Source of the DNA: a virus
Virus record (IMG/VR): IMGVR_UViG_3300027801_002517
Coordinates: 93,370-157,369 of that record
Strand: one strand, 5' to 3'
Length of the DNA stretch: 64,000 bases
Every line of letters starts with the position of its first letter. Position 1 is the first letter of the stretch. Both the position numbers and the translations under genes were made by a program. The notes beneath the pieces were generated by a model. It did no database searches, was not told where the DNA came from, and worked only from the letters and a program-made list of their open reading frames with translations. Shown piece by piece: positions 29,574 through 39,795 of this stretch.

Positions 29574-29651
29574 TAAGTCATTGCTATCAAACGACTTACG
29601 TCGCCGAAAGCCCACTAGTATCGCTCTAAGTCTATACTGTACAACGACTTA
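29574..29651. repeat. Paired-palindrome element E6
   Basis: TAAGTCATT-GCTATCA-AACGACTTA, 28 bp, TAAGTCTAT-ACTGTAC-AACGACTTA. Confidence 0.9.
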
Positions 29652-29799
29652 TACAAATATAGTGGTAGGGGTTTTATCTTCAAAGATAGAATGGTGTCTT
29701 GCTGTGGAAAAAGCCAGGGTGGTGCAAACATAATTCACCAGCACCAATATCAATGTCCTACCCAATCTTACCCCCTCGCCCCTATTTATTTCGCTTGGT

Positions 29800-30170
29800 G
29801 TTTAGGTAGAGTCAAGATACAACCCGAGCATATAGCTACAACTGGTTACTACCAGTAGCTATTAACTTACCATCTGTGAGCGAACTGCAAAAGGATCATG
29901 ATTACCACTTGATGTTTGGGAGGATGCTTAAACCTCAACTCCTGAATTTTCAGTAAGTCCTCTGTCGCCAGAGCCTGATCCATTCTGTCCGATTGTTACT
30001 CTTATCGAGCAACGCTCGTAATTCTAATATGAGTACGGGTAATACTCATGCTAAACTCCAGACCATTCAGGTAATTTCTTTAAGCATTGCAGCTCGCCGG
30101 TCACACAACTGATTCGTCCACAGGACGAGATATTTGCCGGACATGGTTCAAAAAGAAATTTCCCTCTTGA
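29800..30170 (-). ncRNA. Candidate large structured ncRNA, family unknown
   Basis: ORF-free; nested long-range helices of 11, 9 and 7 bp; five hairpins; GCGA tetraloop and G-U pairs favour the minus strand. Confidence 0.6.
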
Positions 30171-30269
30171 TAAGTCACTATCTATAATATCCACAAGTAA
30201 CAGTTTTACAATGATTTTTTATGAAAATTTACCATTTTAGAATCTTTTATCCATCAAAACTACCATTTC

Positions 30270-30279
30270 GTGTATATTA
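30270..30279 (+). promoter_or_regulatory. Late-promoter-like motif GTGTATA at the start of the plus-strand arm
   Basis: Same motif at 37775, 39827, 42921, 59202. Confidence 0.6.
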
Positions 30280-30296
30280 CTATTAGGAGGTACAAC

Positions 30297-31252
30297 ATGA
30301 AAAAAGACCCAGAAGAAATTACAACTATAAAAACCGTCGTTGTTGCGAGAGCCACTGCTGATCTCTGCGATGAAATTCTCGATGATTTACAAGTTCCTGA
30401 TCCACCAGATAAATCTATGGCTTCCCTAGTCGATGAGGCTGACGAATCCAAATTATCGAGGAGGAACGACGAGTGAAGAATAAACAAATCTATAATCATA
30501 GATCGCATTCACCAGCACGAGTCATTGATGACGGTATTGAACTCATGTCACCTAAGAATGCTAATGACATAGCACCATCAGATATTGATTTTTTAAATAA
30601 TTGTAATCTGTTAAGTGATACAATTCCTGCAGATACAAATTTTTTCTATTCGTTGCGATGTAATGATTCTACGACGGAAAAACTGCTTTTTCTTGAAACG
30701 GGCTTTGGGGAATTAAAACACAGAGACGGTAGAGTATTTCTACAACGAGAATATATTTTCACTGACTTTCACCCAGATTATAATGAAATCCCCGTCCCTA
30801 CTAAGAATCATTTGAAGCCCCTGCCTGATTTTGTTAAAAACTGCATAATTTCCACACATTCACCAGCAGAATATCAAGAATTACTCATTGAAGAGCATTC
30901 TGTTGTATGTTCTATAGATAAATTTATCCCAACAATAGTTCCCCTAGAGGAAGCCACCCTACTGGGTCGCCTTGATGGACGCATACAATCTATAGACAAA
31001 GATGAACTCAAGTTTATTCTGGGTGACAACATTAAAATCGCCGTCGAGGAATCAAAAAGTCCCCTAAAGTTACAAACGGATGAATTTTCTGTAAATGGTA
31101 AGAATTCTATTATAATGACTGACCAAATTCAGTTAAGACCTATGAGATCAAGGCCAAAGCGATTTTCCGTAGGTTCCCTATATTACAATAGGGGTAAAAA
31201 GACATTTGAGTTTCATGACGGGGACAAATGGAGAACATTACTAACAGAATGA
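30297..31252 (+). other. Two hypothetical genes (30297..30476, 30473..31252)
   Basis: AGGAGG RBS; coupled ORFs. Confidence 0.6.
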
Positions 31253-31276
31253 TTTTTATCGAGGAGTTTACGACGA

Positions 31277-31786
31277 GTGCAAGTACCGGAAAACATGACA
31301 GAAGAAGAAACCGTTGAAATTATTCAGCGGGTTGTTGATCGCACAGCCCCTAAGTATACATTTCACGCATATACTATTGCGGATCTGAAGCAGGAGGCAT
31401 TTATTATTTGTATGGAGGCATTGCCTCGTTATGACGGGCTTCGACCACTGGAAAACTTTCTGGCCGTTCATCTTTCTAACAGAATGAAGAATTTTGTGAG
31501 GGACAACCACTTTACCCAAAGTGACGATCCTGTTCGTATTAATATAACGCAACCGGCTCAACTTGATGAATCTTATTATATGGAGTTTGATAAGAATAAT
31601 ATTACATATGAGGACATCGATTACCGCGACATGGCAAAATTAATGGATATTCATATGCCGCCATCTATGCGGCTTGATTATCTAAAGATGATTAATGATG
31701 TCTATATTGCAAAGCCACGGCGGGATGAGATTCAAATGATGATTGAGGATATATTAGAGGAGAATGGTTACTATGAAGAGGGGTAG
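31277..31786 (+). CDS. Phage RNA polymerase sigma factor (sigma70 region 2-like)
   Basis: DLKQEAFIICMEALPRYD..RPLENFLAVHLSNRMKNFVRD. Confidence 0.75.
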   Translation: MQVPENMTEEETVEIIQRVVDRTAPKYTFHAYTIADLKQEAFIICMEALPRYDGLRPLENFLAVHLSNRMKNFVRDNHFTQSDDPVRINITQPAQLDESYYMEFDKNNITYEDIDYRDMAKLMDIHMPPSMRLDYLKMINDVYIAKPRRDEIQMMIEDILEENGYYEEG

Positions 31787-32558
31787 GATATCTAAAGAAG
31801 AAGAAAAATTTATAGAATCAAGTATGGGCGTTATGTCTATAGTTGATATCTCGGAAAAATTAGATAGAGACCCAGATAGTGTTCAGCAATTTATTAAGCG
31901 GAAATTCAAGGTCGGACTTTCTGATGAGGAAGAAGCGGCGTATGATTTGGAGGAGCGTCCTTATTGGCATGACCTAAAACAGCAATTTACCGATGATGAG
32001 TTGGTAATGTTTAAATATCACTGGTCAAGAATCATTTCTCAGTTTAAAGATGATGTAATACCCACGGAAGAATTACAGGTAATTGATTTAATTAAGCTCG
32101 ATTTGTTAATGAATAGGTCTTTGAAGGCAAATAAGGAAAATTTAAATCAAATCTCGGCTTTTGAGGCTTTAGTTCAAGAGGAGAGAGCTAAGGATTCTGA
32201 TCAGCAGGACAGAGATCATATTTTTAACTTAGAAAGACAGTGTGCTTCGCTAAAAGCGTCGATGGAGTCACTAAACCGCGATTACCGCGACCTTCAGGAT
32301 AAAAAGAACAAGATGTTGAAGGAGATGAAGGCTACTAGGGAGCAACGGGTCAAAAGATTAGAGGACAGTAGGCAATCTTTTACGGGTTGGCTAACATATC
32401 TTATTAGTAATCCCGAACTTAGTAGGCAATATGGTATTCAGATGGAAAAAATGAGACTTGCAATGTCAAAAGAGAAAGAAAGGTTAAGTTCATACCATAA
32501 ATATGGAGATGGGCAGGTAGATCAACCATTTTTAACACCGGATACCGTCAAGGAGTAA
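31764..32558 (+). CDS. HTH plus coiled-coil protein (possible terminase small subunit)
   Basis: N-terminal SIVDISEKLDRDPDSVQQF helix-turn-helix; long coiled coil; function inferred from position only. Confidence 0.4.
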   Translation: MVTMKRGRISKEEEKFIESSMGVMSIVDISEKLDRDPDSVQQFIKRKFKVGLSDEEEAAYDLEERPYWHDLKQQFTDDELVMFKYHWSRIISQFKDDVIPTEELQVIDLIKLDLLMNRSLKANKENLNQISAFEALVQEERAKDSDQQDRDHIFNLERQCASLKASMESLNRDYRDLQDKKNKMLKEMKATREQRVKRLEDSRQSFTGWLTYLISNPELSRQYGIQMEKMRLAMSKEKERLSSYHKYGDGQVDQPFLTPDTVKE

Positions 32559-32560
32559 TT

Positions 32561-33007
32561 ATGTTTGTTGTGTGGTTGATACTGTGGTACTTTGTAATGT
32601 CTGTGTTGGAATATTCTATCCATAGATATACGATGCATAATAAAAAGTGGTTCTTGCCATACTGGATATTCTTTGATCATGCTATTCTGCACCATAAAAA
32701 TGGTAGAGATGATATAAATATTGATTTGCCAATTTATAATCATATTATCGTGGGATTTCCGTTAATCGTCGGTGCTTATATGATTAGTTATTCCTCCTTG
32801 GCAGCATTATTATGTATTTTTGCTTTTCATTCATACACTTGGACCAAAGTCCACCGAGGGATTCATGGGTTGGAAAAAAATTGGCTAATGAAGACAAAAT
32901 ATTACAAAAAAGCTAAACAACACCATGAACTACATCACGACAGACCCGGAAAAAACTTTGGTGTAGTATTTTTATTTACTGATAGACTATTTGGAACAAA
33001 AGTTTAG
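32561..33007 (+). CDS. Fatty acid hydroxylase / sterol desaturase superfamily protein
   Basis: His boxes EYSIHRYTMH, HAILHH, HRGIH, HHELHH; NFGV; TM segments. Confidence 0.85.
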   Translation: MFVVWLILWYFVMSVLEYSIHRYTMHNKKWFLPYWIFFDHAILHHKNGRDDINIDLPIYNHIIVGFPLIVGAYMISYSSLAALLCIFAFHSYTWTKVHRGIHGLEKNWLMKTKYYKKAKQHHELHHDRPGKNFGVVFLFTDRLFGTKV

Positions 33008-33016
33008 GAAAACAAC

Positions 33017-34123
33017 ATGAAAGCTATTATTTTTGGAGTGACCGGACAGGATGGGAGCCATCTAGCGGACTTATTGCTTGAAAAAAATTATACGGTAATA
33101 GGTGTGACAAGAAGATGCAGTGTGGATAATACTGGCAGACTAAAGCATCTACTGAATTCTGATGGACTTAATCTGGTACACGGTGATATCACCGATGTAT
33201 TTAGTGTAATGAGTATTTTAAGAGATAACGAAGATGTAGATGAAATCTATAATCTCGCTGCACAGTCGCATGTGAAGGTATCTTTTAGCCAGCCAGCCTT
33301 AACTTGGGATATTACTGGTAAGGGGTGCTTAAATATCTTGCAAAGTATTGTAGATCTCGATTTGCATCCAAAATTCTATCAAGCTAGTTCAAGTGAAATG
33401 TTTGGGAAGAATTATGATATAACAATTAAAGACAAAGAACCGTTTGGTGATCCTTTTGAAGATACATTTGTTTCTACAAAATTTCAAAACGAAGATACTA
33501 AATTCTTACCACAGTCCCCATACGCTATTGCAAAATGTGCTGCCCACTATATGACGAGATTATTTAGGGAGGCTTATGGTGTTCATGCAAGTTCTGGAAT
33601 TTTATTCAACCATGAGGGGCCAAGACGGGGTGAGACTTTCGTTACACGGAAGATAACGAAGTGGATTGGGGAATTTGGTGGATGGCTAAACAAAATGGAA
33701 ATTAATCATACAGATATACTAAAAAGAGACTGTGATAGGTTATTTGCTTCTGGCGAGCAGTACTCTTTTCCTAAGCTCCGCTTAGGTAATTTAGATGCTT
33801 CAAGGGACTGGGGATATGCAGGAGATTATGTTGAGGCTATGTGGTTGATGTTGCAACAAGATAATCCAGACGATTACGTTGTCTGTACGGGAGAGACACA
33901 TACAATTAGAGAGTTTTTAGATGAGGCATTTGGTTATATCGGAATTACCAATTTCAACGATTATGTGGTTGTTGATCCAGAGTTTTATAGACCAGCAGAG
34001 GTTGATTACCTGAAGGGTGATGCTACTAAAGCAAATACTGTTTTAAATTGGAAACCTCAAACTTCATTCAGCGAATTAGTTAAAATGATGGTTGATGGTG
34101 ATATAGAAAATGAAAACATTTAA
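33017..34123 (+). CDS. gmd: GDP-mannose 4,6-dehydratase
   Basis: GVTGQDGS, NLAAQSHV, QASSSEMFG, SPYAIAK, GILFNHE, ETFVTRKIT, LGNLDASRDWG. Confidence 0.97.
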   Translation: MKAIIFGVTGQDGSHLADLLLEKNYTVIGVTRRCSVDNTGRLKHLLNSDGLNLVHGDITDVFSVMSILRDNEDVDEIYNLAAQSHVKVSFSQPALTWDITGKGCLNILQSIVDLDLHPKFYQASSSEMFGKNYDITIKDKEPFGDPFEDTFVSTKFQNEDTKFLPQSPYAIAKCAAHYMTRLFREAYGVHASSGILFNHEGPRRGETFVTRKITKWIGEFGGWLNKMEINHTDILKRDCDRLFASGEQYSFPKLRLGNLDASRDWGYAGDYVEAMWLMLQQDNPDDYVVCTGETHTIREFLDEAFGYIGITNFNDYVVVDPEFYRPAEVDYLKGDATKANTVLNWKPQTSFSELVKMMVDGDIENENI

Positions 34124-34394
34124 GGTTTATATGTGCTTAGACTTAGTTCTGGGTAGATTAAAAAAATATAAGTTAGATGAATATGGTTATGAAAATCCAA
34201 TCATTTTTGTTCACGCTAATGATCCAGACGATGCATGCCATCAAGCATATATAGGCTTATCAGAAAAAATTATCAAGCAAGGTCTATATAAAACTAATGG
34301 ATATTATGATGTTACTATTTTAGAGTTTACTAAAGATGTTTTAAATGACATAAGTATTATTTATGTAGGTATAGCTAATGAGAAGAAACTATGA
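34110..34394 (+). CDS. Hypothetical protein
   Basis: Coupled ORF. Confidence 0.55.
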   Translation: MKTFKVYMCLDLVLGRLKKYKLDEYGYENPIIFVHANDPDDACHQAYIGLSEKIIKQGLYKTNGYYDVTILEFTKDVLNDISIIYVGIANEKKL

Positions 34395-34641
34395 CGATCC
34401 ACTCTATAAAGAATGGCGACAACGAGTTAAAAAAAGAGATAAATATGAATGTCAAATGCCTTCTTGTTTTGCCACTAAACAGCTACAGGTCCATCACATT
34501 AGAAAATGGTCTTCAGCTTCAAATTTGAGGTATGATATAGATAATGGTATTACCCTATGTAAGCGGTGTCATAAAGATATCACTAAACATGAGGAATTAT
34601 ATGAATCTCTATTTATGGATTTAATAAGAAACAATGGCTAA
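34378..34641 (+). CDS. HNH endonuclease
   Basis: WR..V..RD.Y.CQ..C...LQVHHI...NGITLCKRCH. Confidence 0.9.
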   Translation: MRRNYDDPLYKEWRQRVKKRDKYECQMPSCFATKQLQVHHIRKWSSASNLRYDIDNGITLCKRCHKDITKHEELYESLFMDLIRNNG

Positions 34642-35146
34642 AAAATTTAAAAAACCCGATATTCCTGATTACTATGTTATTAAAGATACTAGAGAACAAA
34701 ACGGTTATTTCTTTAAAAAATTTAATAAATGTGCGGGTATGGTTACCCAAAAATTAGATACTGGTGATTATACCATTGAAGGTATGGAGGATAAGATTTG
34801 TGTAGAAAGAAAAGCCTCTGTTGAAGAAATTGCTATTAATCTTGGTAAACAAAAACATGCATTTATGAATGAAATTGAAAGGATGAAAGAGTTTCCTCAT
34901 AGATTTATAGTTTTAGAATTTAGTTTAGATGATTTGCTTAAATTTCCAGACGAAACCAGGATACCAGCAGATAAAATCAAGTCGGTAAAAATAACAGGAA
35001 AATATATTTTAAGATGCTTAATGCAATTTCAAGTACACGATGGAATACATATTGTGTTTGCAGATGATAAATACAATGCTTTTTTGTATATAAGTAGTCT
35101 CTTTAAGAGGATAAATGAACTATATACTATTGGGAGGCAAAAATAA
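34634..35146 (+). CDS. ERCC4-domain nuclease
   Basis: DTREQ, LDTGDY, VERK motifs. Confidence 0.85.
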   Translation: MAKKFKKPDIPDYYVIKDTREQNGYFFKKFNKCAGMVTQKLDTGDYTIEGMEDKICVERKASVEEIAINLGKQKHAFMNEIERMKEFPHRFIVLEFSLDDLLKFPDETRIPADKIKSVKITGKYILRCLMQFQVHDGIHIVFADDKYNAFLYISSLFKRINELYTIGRQK

Positions 35147-35796
35147 TGTATGAATTTCTAAATGATATACATAGCTACGGTGTAAATACCAAAACTAGAG
35201 AAATTTATATCAATTCTTTTATGTCCTCCAATGAAGAAGATCCCGGTGTAGATTTTAGAATGGCTACACAACTAATTAAAAATATCAACTACTTAGAATC
35301 ATTAAATGATAAGCCAATTTTAATACATATGTATTCAATAGGTGGTGATTGGGGTGCAGGAATGGCTATTTATGATGCTATAAATGCTTGTACTTCTTTT
35401 ATTACAATGGTTGCATATTCTCATGCGGAATCCATGAGTAGCATTATACTGCAATCTGCTGATTTTAGAGTAATGACTCCATATTCTTACTTTATGTCTC
35501 ACTATGGCTCAAGTGCTTATGAAGGTCATTATTTAAATGCACAAGCAAATGCTAAGTTTGATAAGAGGTGTTGCGATATAATGGTAGATATTTATTCAAA
35601 ATATCTTATTAAGTCTAAATTCTTTAAAGAAAACTATGAAGATGCAACACAAGAAAAAGCCAAAAATTATATTTTAAGAAAAATGAAGAATGGTGATTGG
35701 TATTTAGATGCAGATGAATGTTTATATTTCGGTTTTTGTGATGCATTACTTGGTGACAAAAAAGCTAAAGACATTGTGAGTTTAAGAAATGGTTGA
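35146..35796 (+). CDS. ClpP-like protease
   Basis: TREIYI, SIGG...GMAIYD, AESMSSIILQ (Ser), FMSHY (His), DWYLDADECLYFGFCD. Confidence 0.85.
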   Translation: MYEFLNDIHSYGVNTKTREIYINSFMSSNEEDPGVDFRMATQLIKNINYLESLNDKPILIHMYSIGGDWGAGMAIYDAINACTSFITMVAYSHAESMSSIILQSADFRVMTPYSYFMSHYGSSAYEGHYLNAQANAKFDKRCCDIMVDIYSKYLIKSKFFKENYEDATQEKAKNYILRKMKNGDWYLDADECLYFGFCDALLGDKKAKDIVSLRNG

Positions 35797-37771
35797 ATCA
35801 AATTTAAAAGTTATTAATGAAGCTTGGTTGAATATAGATATTGATGAAGATACAATATTCAATCCAATGTCTGTAGTGTCATTTAAGGAAGATGATTTCC
35901 ATCTTAGATTATCTTGGTTGATGACAAGACCAGAATATTTTTCTTTCTTATGTAAACATATCTTTAATGTCACAGTACTGCCTACTCAGGCACTTATTTT
36001 GCATGAAATGTGGAATCGTAAATTCCCTATGATAATTGCTAGTCGTGGGTTTGGCAAGTCTTTCATATTATCTCTATACGCTATGATGAGGTCTTTATTA
36101 CTACCAAAGAGAAAAGTAGTCGTAGTAGGTGCAGCTTTTCGTCAGTCTAAAGTCCTATTTGAATATATGGAGACTATCTGGAATAATTCTCCTATTCTTA
36201 GGGATATGTGCGATAGTGATAGCGGTCCTCGTAGAGATGTAGACCGATGTGTTATGAGAATCAATGATAGTCGTATTACTTGTTTACCTTTAGGTGATGG
36301 ACAAAAGATTCGTGGTCAACGTGCTAATGATATTATTAGTGACGAGTTTGCATCTATACCGCGTGATATTTTCGAAACGGTTGTTGCTGGTTTTGCCGCT
36401 GTAAGTTCTAATCCCATTGATAATGTTAAAAGGTTGGCTTCTGAAAAAAAAGCTCAATCACTTGGAATGGAACTTAACAAGTCAAAAGATGATATTGTAG
36501 AGAATAAAGATAACCAAATCATATTGTCCGGTACTGCGTATTATGACTTTAATCACTTTGCGGTATATTGGAAGAAATGGAAGTCTATTATAAAAAGTGG
36601 TGGTGATAAAAATAGACTTAGAGATGTGTTTGGTGGAGAAGATGTTCCAGATAATTTTGATTGGACCCAATATTCTGTTGTTAGAATACCATACGAACTT
36701 TTACCAGAGGGCTTTATGGATGCCGCACAGGTCGCTAGATCGAAAGCAACAGTACATGCTGGTATTTATCAAATGGAGTTCGGAGCTTGCTTTACGCGGG
36801 ACTCTCAGGGCTTCTTTAAGAGGACACTGATACAGTCCTGTGTATCTAATGATCAAGAGCCAATTAAAGACAATAAGGGGGATGATATAATCTTTGAGGC
36901 CCAACTGATGGGTGATCCTAACAAAAAATATGTATTTGGTGTTGACCCTGCTTCTGAAGTTGATAATTTTAGTATAATCGTTCTTGAGTTGAATCACGAC
37001 CACACAAGGATTGTTTACTCTTGGACTACTACGCGATCTGAACATAAACAAAAGGTTCAAAAGGGGTTTTCTTCTGAAACCGACTTCTATTCTTACTGTG
37101 CTAGAAAAATTAGAGATTTAATGAAATTGTTTCCATGTGTTCATATCGCTATGGACGCACAAGGGGGCGGAATTGCCGTGATGGAGTCTCTACATGATAA
37201 GGATAAAATTAAGAATGACGAGTTTCCAATTTGGCCCACAATTGATGATGATAAGCCCAAAGATACTGATGATGATCGTGGATTGCATATTTTAGAGATG
37301 TGTCAATTTGCTAGGTATGAATGGTTATCAGAAGCTAATCATGGTTTAAGAAAAGATCTTGAAGATAAAGCAATTATCTTTCCAAGATTTGATGCAATTA
37401 CAGTGGGACTATCTAATGCTGAAGATGGGTTAAAAGGGAGGATGTATGACACACTTGAAGAATGTGTTATGGAGATTGAAGAGTTAAAAGATGAACTTGC
37501 TATGATACAAATAACACAAACTGCTAATGGTAGAGATAGATGGGATACTCCTGAAGTTATTATAGGTGCTGGTAAGAAAAGTAAAATGAGGAAAGACCGT
37601 TATTCTTCCTTAATAATGGCTAATATGGCTGCTAGAAAAATATATAGAACACCAACACCTCGCGAATATCAATTCTATGGTGGGTTTGCCACAATTATGG
37701 ATGATAAGCCAAAGGGCGATATGTATACTGGTCCAAGTTGGTTTGTTGATAGTATGAAAGATATTTTATAA
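35789..37771 (+). CDS. terL: Terminase large subunit
   Basis: Walker A ASRGFGKS, IRGQRA, Walker B IISDEF, nuclease GVDPA and KDRYS. Confidence 0.92.
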   Translation: MVESNLKVINEAWLNIDIDEDTIFNPMSVVSFKEDDFHLRLSWLMTRPEYFSFLCKHIFNVTVLPTQALILHEMWNRKFPMIIASRGFGKSFILSLYAMMRSLLLPKRKVVVVGAAFRQSKVLFEYMETIWNNSPILRDMCDSDSGPRRDVDRCVMRINDSRITCLPLGDGQKIRGQRANDIISDEFASIPRDIFETVVAGFAAVSSNPIDNVKRLASEKKAQSLGMELNKSKDDIVENKDNQIILSGTAYYDFNHFAVYWKKWKSIIKSGGDKNRLRDVFGGEDVPDNFDWTQYSVVRIPYELLPEGFMDAAQVARSKATVHAGIYQMEFGACFTRDSQGFFKRTLIQSCVSNDQEPIKDNKGDDIIFEAQLMGDPNKKYVFGVDPASEVDNFSIIVLELNHDHTRIVYSWTTTRSEHKQKVQKGFSSETDFYSYCARKIRDLMKLFPCVHIAMDAQGGGIAVMESLHDKDKIKNDEFPIWPTIDDDKPKDTDDDRGLHILEMCQFARYEWLSEANHGLRKDLEDKAIIFPRFDAITVGLSNAEDGLKGRMYDTLEECVMEIEELKDELAMIQITQTANGRDRWDTPEVIIGAGKKSKMRKDRYSSLIMANMAARKIYRTPTPREYQFYGGFATIMDDKPKGDMYTGPSWFVDSMKDIL

Positions 37772-37842
37772 TTTGTGTATAATTAAGGTAGTTGAATTAA
37801 CAATCCAATTACACTTCTTTCAATTGAATTGCGGAGAATCAA

Positions 37843-39795
37843 ATGAGTAATAAAAATTCTATCATTACCTGGGAAGACGGAGATGCATCAAGTAAGTCTC
37901 GTGCTATGGAACAATTTTCTGAGTCTATTGATGCATATGATGGTATTTCTAAAGCAAACCGTAGATCATTTTTAGATATAGAACCAAATATCTCTACTAG
38001 ACCAGGTTATGGTAAAGATGACTATTATGCATTCCGTTCAAATGAAGAGGTTCCGCAGCAGAAGAAAAAAGCCATTAAGATGTGTATGGAGGCTTATGAT
38101 AAAGTTGGTATTATTAGGAATATTATTGATTTAATGGGTGATTTTGGCAGTCAAGGCATCGATATTGTACATGAGAATAAAAGTGTAGAAAAATTCTATA
38201 AGCAATGGTTTAAGAAAGTTGATGGAAAAGAACGGTCTGAAAGATTTTTGAATAATCTTTACAGGACTGGAAATGTATTTATTTATCGTAGTGATGCAAA
38301 AATTAGTCAAGATATTGTAAAATATATAAGATCTATGGGTAGTGATATAACGGTTAAGCTACCATCTGTTAAGGAGGATGTCGTTCCTTGGAGATATAAT
38401 TTTTTTAATCCTTTAACTATCAATGTTAAGGATGGTAATTTAAATCTATTTTTAGGCAGGAAAAATTTTGAAATTTCAAATAAGTCTTTTGTAGACAATT
38501 TTCAAAAAGATAATATTCCAGCAAAGGTATTAGAAACTTTACCTCCTGAGTTAAAGATGAAGATTAAAAATGGTGAAAGGTCAATTCCTTTAGATGAAAA
38601 CAAACTCAGTGTTTACTATTATAAAAAAGATGATTGGCAGCAGTGGGCTAATCCACTTACCTATGCTATTCTTGATGATATTATTATGTTGGAAAAAATG
38701 CGTCTTGCAGATTTATCCGCTCTTGATGGTGCTATTAGTAATATTAGACTATGGACGCTTGGAAGCCTTGACCATAAAATCTTACCAACAAAAGACGGAG
38801 TTAACAAGCTCAGAAATATTTTAGCAAGTAATGTTGGTGGTGGAACAATGGAATTAGTCTGGGGTCCAGACTTAAAATATACTGAATCTAACAGTCAGGT
38901 TTATAAATTCTTAGGTTCTGAGAAATATCAATCAGTTCTTAATAGTATTTATGCGGGGCTTGGCGTTCCTCCAACTTTAACTGGTATGGCATCTAATGGT
39001 GGTGGATTTACTAATAATTTCATTTCTCTAAAGACATTAGTTGAGAGATTACAATATGGTAGAGATCAATTAACTAAGTTTTGGACTAAAGAGTTAGAAT
39101 TAGTTCGGAGGGCTATGGGATTTAGGAAAGCTGCTCATATTGTTTATGATCAACTGAGTCTATCAGATGAGGCAGCAGAAAAAAATCTATTGATTCAATT
39201 GGCTGATAGAAATATTATTAGTCATGAGACTATACTTGATAGATTTAAAGAAATTCCTACTGTTGAAAAAGTCAGATTAAGCAGAGAAAATAAAGATAGA
39301 GATAAAGATAAACTTCCAGATAAGGTTGGTCCATTTCATCCTCCTACTGAAAAAGATGATCTACCAGAAAATGAAAACGGTAGACCTAAATTTAAGAAAG
39401 ATGAAGAACCAAGAAAGAAAAGGGTTGAAAAGCCTAAAAGCACTCCTGGTGTTGCTGATTTAATTGTCTGGGCTAATAAATCATTTGATTTAATATCTGA
39501 TGTCACAAACAAAGCATTTTTATCTGTTTCCAACAAGAAAAATATGAGAAAGCTAACAAAAGCAGAAGTTGGCTATTTAGAAACCCTTAAGGTAGATATA
39601 CTAACAAATTTACCAGTTATGTATGAAAATGTAGATGCAAACTATATTAGTGAGATTGTTAAATCAAACAAAAAGACCCCAAAAGAGTTTAACGCAATTA
39701 TGGTAAACAAGGATATAAATATCTTAAATATGTCTATGGATGAGTACAAAAAACAAGTAGTAGCAAGTTATACAGAATATGTTTTAGGTAGTTAA
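37843..39795 (+). CDS. Portal protein
   Basis: 650 aa after terL; IIRNIIDLMGDF, TGNVFIY, IYAGLGVP pattern. Confidence 0.8.
   Translation: MSNKNSIITWEDGDASSKSRAMEQFSESIDAYDGISKANRRSFLDIEPNISTRPGYGKDDYYAFRSNEEVPQQKKKAIKMCMEAYDKVGIIRNIIDLMGDFGSQGIDIVHENKSVEKFYKQWFKKVDGKERSERFLNNLYRTGNVFIYRSDAKISQDIVKYIRSMGSDITVKLPSVKEDVVPWRYNFFNPLTINVKDGNLNLFLGRKNFEISNKSFVDNFQKDNIPAKVLETLPPELKMKIKNGERSIPLDENKLSVYYYKKDDWQQWANPLTYAILDDIIMLEKMRLADLSALDGAISNIRLWTLGSLDHKILPTKDGVNKLRNILASNVGGGTMELVWGPDLKYTESNSQVYKFLGSEKYQSVLNSIYAGLGVPPTLTGMASNGGGFTNNFISLKTLVERLQYGRDQLTKFWTKELELVRRAMGFRKAAHIVYDQLSLSDEAAEKNLLIQLADRNIISHETILDRFKEIPTVEKVRLSRENKDRDKDKLPDKVGPFHPPTEKDDLPENENGRPKFKKDEEPRKKRVEKPKSTPGVADLIVWANKSFDLISDVTNKAFLSVSNKKNMRKLTKAEVGYLETLKVDILTNLPVMYENVDANYISEIVKSNKKTPKEFNAIMVNKDINILNMSMDEYKKQVVASYTEYVLGS

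Noticed and set aside
22602-29651. Elements as CRISPR repeats, terminators or classical attC sites
   Set aside because: They are 1-2 kb apart, lack U-tails and the RYYYAAC/GTTRRRY ends, and the inner flanks do not covary as a single-strand hairpin would.
29800-30110. Group II intron (GTGTG start) or RNase P RNA
   Set aside because: No domain V, no interrupted gene, and no GAGGAAAGTCC / P4 signature.
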